Origin: Camelus dromedarius
Taxonomy: Eukaryota
Direction of reading: 5' to 3'
Assembly (NCBI RefSeq): GCF_036321535.1
Contig: NC_087436.1
Location: 25,856,001 to 25,920,000, forward strand
Length of the DNA stretch: 64,000 bases
This document shows, piece after piece, positions 1-13,423 of the stretch (position 1 is its first letter; every line of letters begins with the position of its first letter). The notes beneath the pieces were generated by a model. That model made no database searches and had not been told where the DNA came from. It saw nothing but the letters and a program-made list of their open reading frames with translations. The position numbers were made by a program, and so were the translations under genes.

Positions 1-28
1 TTTCCAGATTTCAGATTTCCATATATAC

Positions 29-2395
29 CAGGCCTATCTCACTTTCTTGTGCTTCACAGATACTGTGTTTTTTTTTTACATATTGAAGGTTTGTGGCAAC
101 CTCAAATCGAGCAAGTCTATCAGCATCATATTTCTAATGGCATCTTCTCACTTTATGTCTCTGTAATTACATTTTGGTAATTCTCACAAGATTTCAAACT
201 TTTTCATTATTACTATTTTTATAGTGATCTGTGATCTTTGATGTTACTATTGTAATTATTTTGGGGTGTTGTGAACTGTGCCCCTATAACATGGTGAACT
301 TAAATCCGTAAATACTGTGTATGTTCTGACTGCTTCACCAACTGGCCATTGTCCTTTCTCCCTCTCCCTATTCCCTGAGTCACCAGAATATTGAAATTAG
401 GCCAATTAATAACCGTGCAAAGGCCTTTATATGTTCAAGTGAAAGGAAGTGTCACACATCTCTCACTTTATATCAAAAGCTAGAGATGATTAAGTTTAGT
501 GAAGAAGGCATGTCAAAAGCCAAGACAGGAAGAAAGCTAGGCTTTTTGTGCCAAACAGCCAAGTTGTGAACACAAAAGAAAAGTTCTTGGAAGAAATTAA
601 AAGTGCTACTACAGAGAACATACAAATGACAAGAAAGTAAAACAGCCTTAATTGCGGATATGGAAAAAGTTTTAGTGGTCTGGAGAGAAAATCAAACCAG
701 CCAAAACATTCCTTCAGCCAAAGACCAATCCAAAGCAAAGTCCTGACTCTCTTCAACCCTGTGAAGCCTGAGAGAGATGAGGAAGTTGCAGAAGAAAAGT
801 CTGAAGCTAGCAGAAGTTGGTTCATGAGGTTTAAGAAAAGAAGCCACCCATAATATCAAAGTGCAAGGTGAAGTAGCTGATGCAGAAGTTACAGCAAGTT
901 ATCCAGGAGATCTAGCTATGATAATTAAGATCATTAATGAAAGTGGCTATACTGAACAACAGATTCTCAGTGTAGATCTTCTTCTTATATTGGAAGAAGA
1001 TGCCATCTAGAGAGGAGAAGTCAATGCCTGGCTTCAAAGCTTCAAAGGACACGCCAACACTCTTGTAAGGGACTAATGCAGCTGATGACTTTAAGTTGAA
1101 GCCAGAGCTCCTCTACTAAGAATCCTAGGACCCTTAAGAATTATGCTGAATCTACTCTGCTTGTACTCTCAAAATAGAAAAGCAAAGTCTAGATGATAGC
1201 ATATCTGCTTACAACATGGTTTACTGATTACTTTAAACTCAAACTTACTGCTCAAGAAAAGATTTCCTTAACACAATATTGTAAATCAACTTTACTTCAT
1301 ATTAAAAAAGACTTCCTTCAAATATTACTGCTTATTGACAGTGTACCCGGTCACTCAAGATCTCTAATAAAGATGTACAACAAGATTAATGTAGTTTTCA
1401 TTCCTGCTAACGACATCTGTTCTGCAGCTGATGAATCAAGGAGTAACTCTGTCTTTCAAATCTTGTTATTTAAGAAATAAATTTCACAAGGTTAAAGCTA
1501 CTATAGATAATAATTCCTCTGATGGATCTGGGCAAAGTCAATCAAAAGCCCTCTGGAAAAGATTCATTATCCTGCATGCCATTAAGCACATTCATGATTC
1601 ATGGGAAGACATCAAAATATCAATAGACATAGGAGTTTGGAAGAAGTTGATTCTAACCCTCATTGATGACTTTGAGGAATTCAAGACTTCAGTGGAGGAA
1701 GTAACTGCAGATGTGGCAAAAACAGCAAGAGAACTAGAATTTGAAGTGGAACCTTGAAGATGTGGCTGAAGTGCTGCAATCTCATGATCAAACTTCAACA
1801 GATGAGGAGTTGCTTCTAGTGGTTTCTTGAGACGGAACCTACTTCTAGTGAAGATGCTGTGAAGATTGTTGAAATGACAACAAAGGATTTAGCATATTAT
1901 ATAAACTTGGTTGATAAAGCAGCAGCAAGGTTTGAGAGGATTGACTCCAATTTTGAAAGTTTTACTGTGTGTAAAATGCTATCAAATAGCACTGCGTGCT
2001 ACAGAGAAATAGTATATAAAAGGAAGAGTCAACTGATGTGGCAAATTTCACTGCTGTCTTATTTTAAGAAATTGCCACAGCCACCCCAACCTTCATCAAC
2101 CACCACCATGATCAGTCAGCAGCCATTAACAGAAGCAAAAAGATTACCACTTGCTAAAGACTCAGATGATGGTTAGCATTTTTTAGCAATAAAGTATTTT
2201 TTTCATTAAGGTATGTACATTGCTTTTTAGACATAATGCTATTTATTGCACACAATAGTCTACAGTGTAGTGTAAACATTACTTTTACATGCACTGGGAA
2301 ACCAAAATAATTGTGTGACTCACTTTATTTTATGAGATACTCCCTTTATTGTGGTGGTCTGGAACTGAAGCTGTAATATCTCCCAGGTAAACCTG
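29..2395 (+). mobile_element. Near full-length Tigger1 (TcMar/pogo) DNA transposon with decayed transposase
   Basis: Starts CAGGCCTATCTC and ends ATATCTCCCAGGTAAACCTG followed by TA, degenerate versions of the Tigger1 terminal inverted repeats; length ~2.37 kb. ORF pieces 1193-2176 ([48 protein letters not shown]) match pogo/CENP-B-like DDE transposase, broken by stops and frameshifts. Confidence 0.95.
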
Positions 2396-2689
2396 TATTC
2401 TTTCCAATAGGTGAGATGACCAATCATGCATCTTTTCCCCCACCTCCCTTTTCATAGTTGCCATGCTTTCATCTTACAAAAGAAAGGTAAACCTCTTACA
2501 ACTTCTGGATCTTCATTTAATGACCTTGACTTGTTCATTGCTCAACTGTCATCAAATAACACATTGTCCCTGAGATAAAAAGCATTGTGCCATTAGGCGT
2601 CAAACTCCCAGCAAGGCCCCCTGCTTCATCCACCCATGTACCTGTCTATCCGTCATCTGTCTAATATCATTTAAACATCTCTGTATCTC

Positions 2690-2900
2690 AGAATTAGAAT
2701 TCAGAAGTGAGATTGTTGTTGATGCATTTATTTAAATTGGAAAATAAAGTCAGGTTTTTTTCTGACAGGAAGTAAAAATGAACTTGCTGCTTTGGTTAAC
2801 AGCAGTCCTGACATTGGGAATTAGATTATATGTCAGACCTTTTCCCATTAATTGAATGAACCAAAACATCAGCCCCAAAGTTACAAAGCACGTGATGCTG
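2690..2900 (+). mobile_element. hAT-Charlie-like transposase remnant
   Basis: With frameshifts reads LMHLFKLENKVRFF..TGSKNELAALVN...LDYMSDLF, resembling the Charlie/ZBED5-type segment LFELR.EV..FL...LAYL.DIF..LN. Extent uncertain. Confidence 0.6.
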
Positions 2901-3934
2901 CAGAAGCATTTTATCCAAAAACTAACAATGATTTTTTAATTTTCTCAAACCCTTCTGTGTGCAGCTGGTTAAAAATAGTGTCTCTAAGTGAAAAAGAAAT
3001 AGGTATAATAGTTACTTGATATGTCTGGGTAAAGCCTTAATTGGAGTAGCAGAAATTGAGAAGAAACAACTTTAAGAAAATTTATTTCAAGCCAGCTGAT
3101 TTTCAATCATTTGCTTTCACTGAAAACGAATTAAAAACTAATCCGTATGTCAGCTGATGTTTGTCATAAAGAAATACTAACTAATTGGTGTTCCTAATCA
3201 GCATTTAGTGGCACTCAACCAATATGGTCTTATAGCTTTTTTTTTTCTTGAGGGGATAAGGGACTTTGCAAAAAATCTTAGGAAAATCTGATAAATTATC
3301 TAATTAATTTGATTATTATAGACATCCTAGACAATTCAACTAAAGTAAATATAAACCAACCCCTCCCTTTTATTTTTTACCATTTTGCCCCAATTATTCT
3401 GATACATTTGTTTTTTCTTGTATTAGCAATCCTCACAATTCTGAAAACCACAAAGATCAGAATTTGTTCATTTTGACCACGTAACCTTAAAGATTTTTAT
3501 AGTGGAAAGTCAATATTCTGTAATTTTCAGTACATAATAAATTGATCTTATGTTTCTTAATAGAAATTCTATGATTAAATCTGATAGAACTTTAACAATA
3601 GTTTTTAATACAAAGTGTATCCATCCTTTGATTTGCTTAATGCTATAACCATTTTTGTTAAAACTTATTTGGTTAGAACAGTGTTTTCCACGGTGCAGAA
3701 TGTATACACAAGATGATTTTAGCTGGTAAACAGGCACGAAGTAGCACTGAATCATATAAGACAACTATTTCTTTATCAATTCTCTTTCAATACTTTTTAA
3801 TGTATCAAGGAGAAAAATCAGTTAGTTGCTAGTATATTTTAAGATTATTCTAACACTTTCCACTCTCTGTTGGCATGAGATAGAGTTTAACTAATGTTTA
3901 ATATTATTGAGATGTTTTCCTGTTGTAATAGAAT

Positions 3935-4175
3935 ATAGATGTTAAGTGTTTGGGCTCCGAAGCCAGACCAGCTTTGTCCAGTCCCTGGCCCTACTACCTA
4001 CTGGTTGGTGACCTCAGGTAAGTTTCTCAACCTCTCCATGCTTCAGTTTTCTTCATATGTGACAATACCTACTTTTGAGGGCACTGAACTATAATGAGAT
4101 AATATTTATTCATATAAAGAATTTCAAAAACTTATTTTCTGTCATATATTATGAGTTCAAAAATGTTAACTACTG
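3935..4175 (+). mobile_element. MIR SINE
   Basis: MIR core: GTGACCTCAGGTAAGTTTCTCAACCTCTCCATGCTTCAGTTTTCTTCAT...AATACCTAC...ATGAGATAAT. Confidence 0.85.
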
Positions 4176-4409
4176 AATTACTGTTTATTTTTTTCTCTTA
4201 TCATTTTGCGTTTACTTCAGGTGGTATTGGTTTCCCATTTATGGAAGTAAAAAAGTAAGATGACTGAAAGAAATATTTAATAGATAATTGAGCATTGATA
4301 TTGGGATATTGTAAAAAACAAGTGTCACTTCTAAACGATTAATTTGTACAGCAGTCACTGCTGACATTTGACCCTCAAGGTTTCATTTAAGCACTTACAG
4401 AGCACATCT

Positions 4410-4880
4410 ATGTCCAGCTAGGAAGAAGTATCTGGTGGCACTGTAATGCCCATGCCCCTCCCTGAGAAAAGCCAGAAATCTAAGTAAAGTGCACAATATT
4501 CTTTTTGAAAAAACTTGGAAGCTGTCAAGACAACCATGCCTAGAGAGGCTAAGGATTCCAAAGAGAAGGAAACCACGGAGAAAGTAGTCATCAGTCTTCA
4601 AGCTGCTTTTCTTTTTAGGGCATCTGCCAATGCTCGCCCTCTGTGTGAGAAGAAAATACAGGCAAAGGGCTATAGGCAAGCAACAGAGAAGCCAGAAGAA
4701 CTACTGGAAATACCAAACGACTGGAGAGACAAAAATCTGAGTTCAGAGCTGCCAAGGCTGCAGAGATTAGAGGGGCAAGATCCTAGAGAGAGGGCAGGCC
4801 CAGGAAAGGGAACTTGACACAGTCATTACTCTACATTTTGTCAGCATTTGCTGAATTTTAAATACAGCAAGAAAAAGGCT
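4410..4880 (+). mobile_element. Possible ancient L1 5'-UTR fragment
   Basis: Purine-rich segment resembling old L1M 5' ends; highly diverged. Confidence 0.35.
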
Positions 4881-4889
4881 AATAAAATG

Positions 4890-6805
4890 TGCAAAAAGTC
4901 ACTGCTCTACAGGGTTCTACGCTCACAGATCAGGCATTCCATCAGCCCCCAGTTAGTGGTGTGGATGAGGCCCTGCAGGCAAGAAAATAAAACATGTACC
5001 CAGTGAGGATGACTCACTGGCCCTTCTCAGATAGAAGGGGTCCAATGTACTCAACTTGCCACTGAGTGGCCAGCTGGTTTTCCTGATAAATCATAACCTA
5101 TTAGGGGCTCTATGTTGATCTCTTTCACTGGGAAGTAGGAAATTCAGAGGGTGACATTGGTCAAACTGCCCTGGGGAAGAAGGAGAACATACTGTTGGTC
5201 CACATGTAGTCTCCACTTCTGTACTTCTGCCACCATGTTCACTCTGTGTTTGTGCCCACTGAGCCAGTTCTGGGGCTGGCCATTGGCAAAGTCTGGCTAA
5301 CATCTACTGACTAAGTCATTTTTCTCCTTGGCTTTTCTACTCTTCCATGAGGGTTGTTTTCTGGTAGATATTAATGAGTGATATCAAAATCTTCCCACTT
5401 TGTGCCTATGTCCATCCATCCACCAACCACTCTCCATGACAGACTTCTTCATTCAATCTTACAGTTTTTTCCTTTTACCTTCACCAACTGACCAGGTCAT
5501 TGCCACAGCACAAGAATCTGAATAGAGTCTTAACTAGGGTTACTTCTGCTTTCACCAAAAGTGTGACAGGTGCATCACTTGCAGAATCAACTACTTAAAG
5601 ATTTTCCCTGTCCTCTGTCTCTCAATTCACTCCCTGAAAATAGTTGTAATGAAGCCACCATCCATTTTCACTTGCATCCATACAGCAAGGTAAACCCATC
5701 CATAGGGCTTTTCCCTCCTTCTTCAGCTAGTCATAGGTACAGCCCACATGGTCACAGGGACAGGTGGAGGTTGAGTGTGGATGTAGTTTGGGTGGGTGGT
5801 ATGGAGATCTGGGATACCTGCTCTCCACTTACTTATGCCCTCTAATCCTTCTTGGTCTGACCGTTGATGTCCCATTTAGATCTAAATATTAATATATTAG
5901 TAATGGACTGCTACTGGCCCTGTGTGACTTTATGACTAGGCCTGTGGAACAGACCCTGCTCATCGTGGGTATTTATGGATGGCATGCTCTTTTGCTGCCC
6001 CTCAGACAGCCTTCTCTTTCCCACCAGGGCTCAACAGCACCCCAGGAGCTGTTTCCTGAAAGTTGTGTAATTTTCTAGTGCCAATCACATGGCCTTGCAC
6101 TTAAGCTTCAAGGAACTGCATTGTGATTCTCACTGAATCTTGTAAACACTTGTATCTTTTCACCACTGAAATCTCTAACTTCATAGAGTCTGACAGATAC
6201 TATGATCCAAGCCACAGGCTGCTTGCACTGCAGCCAAGACCTGCTGTGAAGCTTTTTTGTTGTTGTTATTGTTGTTCAGAGCCCCACTCAAGTCTAACAG
6301 CCTTCTGAGTCTCCAAGTATGTGGGCCAAAGCAGTAATTCTAAGTGTGGAATGTGTTGCCTTTAGAATTCTATGAGGCTTTCCAGACATTGTGCTGCTTT
6401 TGTGTGACAGGGGATACAAACAAAAAGCAACTTGACTCTTAGGTCCATATTGTACATGGCCAAATTAACTTTTACTGTCCATCACTTTACTGTTTTCCCT
6501 CTGCAGTACATGAATATAACTCAGAAATAGCCATCTAAATCCACTGTCCTTATAGCATGTCTTCAACCCCAATCCCCACCCCCACCTCATCATTCAAATG
6601 ACTGGATCACTGCACCACCAGCAAGAGTCATTATTTCCATTAGGGAATTTCCCTAACTCACTACCAGCAAAATGTTAAGCAATTGGGTCACCAATTTTTG
6701 TTTCCTATTTTTCTTATGATTGAGTTCTCCTTACCAGCAGACAGCAAGTGAGCCAGTCCCCGAATCCATCTTTATGCTTCTTTTCCTGAACTACTCTCAG
6801 TACCG
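4890..6805 (-). mobile_element. ERVL (class III, ERV3-16A3_I-like) internal region, internally deleted
   Basis: Minus ORF 5091-5303 contains ELAQWAQTQSEHGGR, like the ERVL integrase zinc-finger WAHEQSGHGG. RNase H-like remnants are adjacent, and leader sequence (GGTACTGAGAGTAG on minus) abuts the LTR. Confidence 0.8.
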
Positions 6806-6809
6806 ACTC

Positions 6810-7249
6810 TGCCTGTCATGCCATCTAAGAAGAAGACATCAACATATGTTTAGACATGAGACATACTGTGATAAATGGCTGTTAGAGTTAAAGGAGGACA
6901 TCTCAAAAGTGATGGAAAGAGCCTTCACAACATGCTCCAGGTCTGACATCAACGAAAGGAGAGAGGGAAAGAAGGAGGATGAGATAGGGAGAGCTCCTGT
7001 TGTAGAACTGCTCTGAGAAAGACCCTAAGAATGGTTTCTCATTAAAGCAGCGACATGTTGGGTAGAAATGGCCCACCTTTAGTACCCTTGACATCCTCAG
7101 TCTTTGTCAGCAGCCTGGACAAAGTATAGCCTCAGCGTGAGCTCCCTAAAGAATCTGAAGGCATACCAGTTGGAGGCTGTCAGTCTTACTGAAACAACAG
7201 TCCTTCTGAAGGGAGAGCTGAGTGGTGCACACCAAGGACAGATAGCACA
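6810..7249 (-). mobile_element. ERVL LTR (LTR16/33/41 class), 5' LTR of the adjacent internal region
   Basis: Minus strand begins TGTGCTATCTGTCCTTGGTGTGCACCACTCAGCTCTCCCTTCAGAAGGAC, typical of LTR33/41-like starts; ends CA; ~440 bp. Confidence 0.75.
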
Positions 7250-7929
7250 ATGGAACTTTAAACACCCCACAAAATCCAGTGATTAGATGATACATTTTTT
7301 GTGTGTGATCTACTTTAATAGAGTAAATGAGCTAAAGAAGAAAAGAGAAAGCATGACATTAAAGTTGGATAGAAAAATTTGTAGAAAAACAGAAACATAA
7401 AGTTATAGGATTTTTAAGCTGGATAAAATAAAAGACAGTCTAAAGCATTTAATTTTTTAAAGAGAAAGTTGAAACTCAAAAAATGAAGACTGCATTTCTG
7501 ATATTTATTTGTTTTTATCATTCATGTTTCAAAAGGATTTGATATGAAATAAAGCCAGTTATTTTACAGAGTTGGAAATAGATGGTGTTAAAATATACTA
7601 GGATTGTGGTTTTAGTAGTCATTCCATATCCTTGTATGCATACCATTTTTATGCTCTATGTATAGAGAATTATGACAGGAAAAAAATCTTGGACTGCTCT
7701 TAATAGCGGAAGAATGCAGCTAGTGTGAAAATTAATGAGATGTAACGACATATTGAAAAGAATAACAAAAAACTGTAAACAATAGAGTGAGACTACTTCA
7801 CGTAAAAAAATGTGGAAGGAAATCATGGATCTGTATAAAAGTAGTAGGTCTAAAGGAATTTTCCCACAATAAGCTAGAATATGACAGGACCTTTTGAATG
7901 TATATGAAAGTGTAAGATTCAAAATACAG

Positions 7930-8070
7930 TATGGGAACTTCTTCCAGGTAATGATAGCACTCCTTCCATTGGACTACCTCCCATGGATAGTAATTATAAA
8001 TATTGGACAAAATTTAATAAAGAATTCTTTGAATGCACTGGAGAGCAATGAGAAGAAGACAGAAAGTGGA
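7930..8070 (+). mobile_element. Ancient L1 (L1ME/HAL1-type) 5' end; may extend further 3'
   Basis: ATTATAAATATTGGACAAAAT...GAATGCACTGGAGAGCAATGAGAAGAAGACAGAAAGTGGAG matches the motif at old L1M 5' ends. Confidence 0.55.
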
Positions 8071-11000
8071 GTAGAGTCCATGCTACAAATTTCTAGCACA
8101 GGATGCATCCCCAGTTGTAATTTTAGGGCCTCTCTTGTTATATGTAAAGTGGCAGCAATAATAATGGCAATGAGAAATCTGACGATGGTGGCCAGACAGA
8201 GCTGTTACGGTAAAATCTCTATCAGGAGTGTTTGCTGAAGCTATGAAAGATGCCTAAGTTGGCCATAATGGAGAAGGCAAAACTCAGCACTGTAAATTTC
8301 TGAGCCTTCAAGAACCTTATTATGAGATCTTCTGCCTTCTCCCATCACGGATAATGACACTTTTCTCTCAGTACAGAAAAATACTGAAGTGGAATTTCAA
8401 CTGCAACAGCACCTGCAGTGGTGGCGAATGAGTTAGCAGCAGAACTGCCATTTCTAGGCAGTGTCTTGGCAGACTGGTCAGGCTTGAGCTGTCCCAATGG
8501 AGTGGCAGCAAAACCAAGCCATAAACTAGCCAAGCCTGTGGACGATAAAGCTGCATCCTGGACTTTTCAAAATATTTAGGAAGACATCTGTTGTAATACA
8601 CTGGACTTCCTGGGGCTGTGCAGTGGAGCTTTTAGACTAGCAAAATTTGAAGACAGAAGGTAACATGATTTACTCACTCACAAGCTGGGAAGGTTTATGA
8701 TATAAGGCTCAGTTGCAATATTATGAAGGCTTTTAATATTGCTGATTAATTTTGTGAAGAGAACCCAAATCTCTAAGAGGAATTCCCAAATATCATGATT
8801 GTGGGTAATGACACTGACATACAAGCTCTCAACTGAGTTTTATTGGTCAATAAGAGAGAAAAAAGATTTTAAAAGCAATGTTATCTCTTGTGCTGCATAG
8901 GCTTAAAGAATGCTGCAGAAATCTTTTTCTATTTGTATTGTATATTTAATCCGGAGGTAAGATTATTAGGTAATAGTATCAAGGGGCGGGTAAAACTTAA
9001 AAATCTCAGTTTTGAATGACAAAGAATGGCAGTAGGAAAGCCTAGAGGCAGGAACCCAGGGATACTGGTATGTAGAGGAAAGGCAAGGTCAGGAATATGC
9101 TCAAGTGCTTATGGATAAAAAAGTGTTAAATCCAGGGTATGTATCCACAACTGAGGTGAACTCCAAGGACAAGTTTACAGAGCAGAGTGCTGATTTTAAA
9201 ATGGTCGGTTTCCCAAATAAGAACTTAATTTTTAAAAAGGAAGAAAGAAAATTCAGACCTGGAGGCAAGTGAGGATATAAAGAGGGGAAAATAAAATAAA
9301 TTAACAGAAACAGATCATACAAAAAATTTAAAGCAGTATCAGCAAATGAGTTGAAGTTACAGATGCAAAAGGGTCCAGATAAAAATCCAAAGATGAGAGA
9401 ATTTCAGGTATCAAAGTAACCATGAAAATATGTTTCTGTATGTTTCATAAGAGTTTCCATTTCTTGGGGAAAATCCAGCTTTCTATTTCTCAAATATGTG
9501 ATGTGTGACTTCTGAGAGTATGAGACTATTAATTGCATCAATGCTCAATTATCCCAGCTATATTAGCTGTGAGCCCTTTCATTCTGAAGACCAAATGCAG
9601 ACAGTAAACTAAGATTATAAATACAAAGAATAAATATATTAAAGATAAAGATTCTCTGTATTTTCTAAACATTCTGTGCATCTCGTTTTGTCCATTGATT
9701 GTCAATACATTGATTAGCATAGATTCCACACTGATAATTATTTTTTAAAATATTAGTTACATTTTTTGTGATTAGCATATTTAAAATTTTAATGTGAAAA
9801 AACAGAAATGAATGCAAAGTGGACAAAAATATGAAAAGATAAGAATGAGTTAAAAATCACCACAAATATCACTGTGACTAATATAATGCTTTTTAGAACA
9901 TAAAAACAGAATGAATGTATGAGCAAGATACTATTTTTAAATATTGTTCTACATTCAAATCTTCTATATATGATGGAGAAATCTGAAGATTACATTTCCA
10001 TGAGAGTAATGTTTCAATTCATTTAAAAATATTTCCATTTTTATAATAGGGAAAATCGATTGTTATGGGGGAAAGAGGGAAATTAGCACATTCATTTAAG
10101 AAGATGGTACATTTATAGCCAAAATTGTTCTCTGATATTTCATTATTTAGTTGAGGCATTGGTCCCCTCCTCTACCCTTATTCTTATTCTGAGAATGTCA
10201 TCCCATTGCTTAGTCAGTAAGAGCACCGCAATATACTTAAATGTAAAAACCAAATGGTTTTATTGTTTGTTTTTCTGTCAAAAGCAAATGTGTTTTTGTG
10301 AGTTATCTAGCTATTTGGTTCTCTTAAACTTTTCTGGATACTATTAAACTTTGAGTGAATACAAATCAATACTTTTGCTACAGGATTTTTTAAAAATCCA
10401 TCCAGTATCTCGAAATGGCTGAAGTTTCAACCAACAGTTGTAAAATTTTTAAAAATAAAACTGCCTGCCAGACAGTTTCACATTTGGAAACTCGGTTTTG
10501 CTTCACATATCCTGGCACGAGAAATAAAGTTTCCACATCCTCAGAAAACTAATGGTAATTCCACATTGCTGTTTCTCTCTGGGGGTTCACAGAGTATGTA
10601 TCAAATTGCAATGTCTCTCTGAGTCCATGTTCATTTAAAATCCTTTGCCCACCTTGAGCTTTATTTGTATTTCTCATCCCATATTATTTTTCACAAATTC
10701 AATTATTTTCAGGGAGAAGAATTTCTCTTTATACTATTGTTTCACTGATTTTGAAAATCTCTGATCTGAAATTCTCTAAGTGATGGTGCTGGCAGAGGAT
10801 TTGTAAAGTCATCTCAAAACAAAGGAAGCAATGTAGCAATTAGATCCAATTAAAAAATCTCTTTACTCCACAAGATCAGATTCCGATTTTAGACTTCTGT
10901 TTTTGTAAGAGCATTTCCACATAAGAAAATATGTGATCAAGAGGCGAATGAACCCGGACACTCTAATTCTTTATAGATCAGAGACTGAATTATTTGTGTT

Positions 11001-12255
11001 AAATGTGAAGTAAGAATAAAAACAAATATTGAACAATTTATTTAAATTTGGTTTACATATGTGAAGATAAGTACTTTGGTCTATATAATCTGCCTACATT
11101 GATAAACCACTGGAAAACTGCAATACAAATTTCTAATTTACTGTATATTACTATCATAGAATTTGTCACTAATAGCCAATAATTATACCTCATTAAATTT
11201 TATGTATAGCAACTACAACTAGGTTAAGTGGAAATATATTTTTTAATGAATGTTTTTTGATGACAATAATGGTGAATAATGCAAAAGTAACTAAATTAAC
11301 CTTATTTGCATTTTAGCAAATCCAAATTAGTTTAGGCAAAATTGATTGGAGTGTTAGAGTATTTCTAAATGTGCATTATAGATTTTTAGATACACTTTGA
11401 TGTAGGATAAATGAATCTTTCCATTTAATTCTGGAAATTCTTTATGTTAAAAAATGAAGTTAAAGGAAAATGTGCATTTCCATAATAACCTTTAAATATC
11501 AAAGTGAACATAAAATGTGTAATCACTGATGGAGGATTCTGTCTACTTACTGCCAAAATAGTCCCTTATAAACTTGAGAAAAAAATTTTCAGCGAAAATA
11601 TGATTCAAAGAATAGTAGAAATTGAACAAACTTTTTTCCCTCAAGCTTACCTCTTCTGGAGAATTTATATTACAGTAGAGTGCACTGGCTTATTTATGCA
11701 CTATTTTATTTCATTGGTTATTTATTCCTTGTCACTCTACTCCTCTAACAGGAGAGGTTGTTACCAATGTGCATAATATTTTTTATAACCTGTCTTAGAG
11801 TATCAAAATCAGTATTAATAAACTCAGTGTTAAAATTTTCCAGTTCGGTTAAGTAGCATTGCCTGAACTATTGTTAACGAATCAATATTAGGTGTGTTAT
11901 AACTTATTTTCCTGATGATACTGCTGATGAGTTTTGTGGGTAATAACATTTATGAGCAAAATGTTTTATTGCTGTTGTTGTTGTTATTATTATTTTATAT
12001 GTAGTAAGAAGTGCAGTAAACTTCTTCCTGGACTGTAAAAGTGGATTTTAATGTGGTAAATTCACTAATTTGAGACAAGAACAGTGTAAACACAGATAGT
12101 TTAATTTCTCATATTAGCAGAGAAGCTGTACCAAATGACACCTAGTAAAAAAATGCAGTAGTATATACCAGTTCAAAGGTTTCAAAAGGGACTCTCAGAT
12201 TAACCTGGAGAACTTGGGGAGTGAACGCATTGTGTTGTCCTTGTCCACCTACTAC

Positions 12256-13269
12256 CTGGATCTCCCCGTGCAGTACAGCACTAGCTGATGAGATACGCAG
12301 GCTGGATTATTCTCTGCGTGTAGTAAAATCACTCTGCCCAGTTTACAGAAAGCAAAGGAGCAAACCTGTTGATGCGTAGTAAGGATTCTTCTGAATACCA
12401 ATATAATGGAAGTCAAATGCCTGTTTGCTCTGTAGGGAAAGGTGAGAAAAAGACTTTCTCTGCCACACACAGCCAAGAGGGGCTGTCTCACATACCAAAG
12501 CTTTCTAAAATCTCACCGTTTGTGTTATGGTCAAAGTACAAACTTTTAGGGTTCAGGTATATTCCATGAAAGCTGTTAGGATCAGGAAAATTGTATTCCA
12601 GTACCAAATTCACAACTGATTGGTAAGCAAAAGTTACTATTACATGGATTGCCCTAATCACTATGTTGTATGAAATTCCCATGTATTTTAGAGAAGGTAG
12701 AATTACTGCGGCTTGCTGAATTTCATAAGATTTGCTTTTATGAGGCCTGATACCAGCACAGAAGTAGGCATTGCCATATTCCACACCTCGCTCAAGGGTG
12801 AACATTTTATAAAGATTTATATACATTATAAACCAGCCTCCTCCATATTGAAAAAGCTTTTAAAATTCATCAGCTTCTTCCTTCCATCACCTATAGTACA
12901 TGCGATGACAGTACCCATGAATTTTATCTAAAGAGATGAGAGAATCAAACCTGAAAGCTCAGCCTTCATTGAAAATTTTGAAATGATTATACTGATGGGA
13001 ATCTTTTTATGTGAGGATTTATCTTTGGTTTCGGTTTTGAAGAATAATAAGAAAAGAAATAATACAGAGAGCTATTTTGATATTATATCCTTAATACCAA
13101 AAAAAGGAGCAGAGAATAGAATGTCCCATTCTTAGTGAAGACTTTTTATGTTATTATCATGAAAAAACCAACAATAGTTCCCCATGCACAATACAGTCCA
13201 TGTACAAATGAATATAATTATAAAGGAATTCTAATTCTCCAGAATCGGATTGAAAATGTAAACTGGCAT
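12256..13269 (-). pseudogene. Candidate decayed multi-exon gene, unidentified
   Basis: Clustered minus-strand acceptors (exon starts 13269, 12927, 12615, 12429) and GT donors (12706, 12516, 12255). These define exons of 221, 99 and 174 nt and introns of 91 and 87 nt, with relatively few stops in phase 1. No recognised homologue. Confidence 0.3.
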
Positions 13270-13423
13270 CTGTGATAAAGAACAGAATGACTGGTAGTAT
13301 ATACCTGGGAAAACTATAATTGTCTTGTGTTCCAACCAGATCCTTATTGGAACACTTTGTCAAACACGACTTGGTATATTCTATATACATACATACTGTG
13401 CACCACAACCATTTGTCATATGC

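Noticed and set aside
1193..2176. Possible domesticated TIGD/CENP-B-like gene
   Set aside because: Many stops and frameshifts and retained transposon termini indicate a neutral Tigger1 fossil.
9101..9610. Long stop-poor frames on both strands
   Set aside because: A-rich plus-strand bias next to an old L1 5' end explains the low stop density; no recognisable protein.
12700..12927. Resemblance of KIHGY.HRMY...YIN..K.F.L...LKYM to the class II CPD photolyase C-terminus, and of FTL...YFCA to an Ig V-set motif
   Set aside because: The conserved photolyase motifs (WAKKILEW, DGRDPNGY) and proper Ig spacing are absent; the similarity is at chance level without a search.
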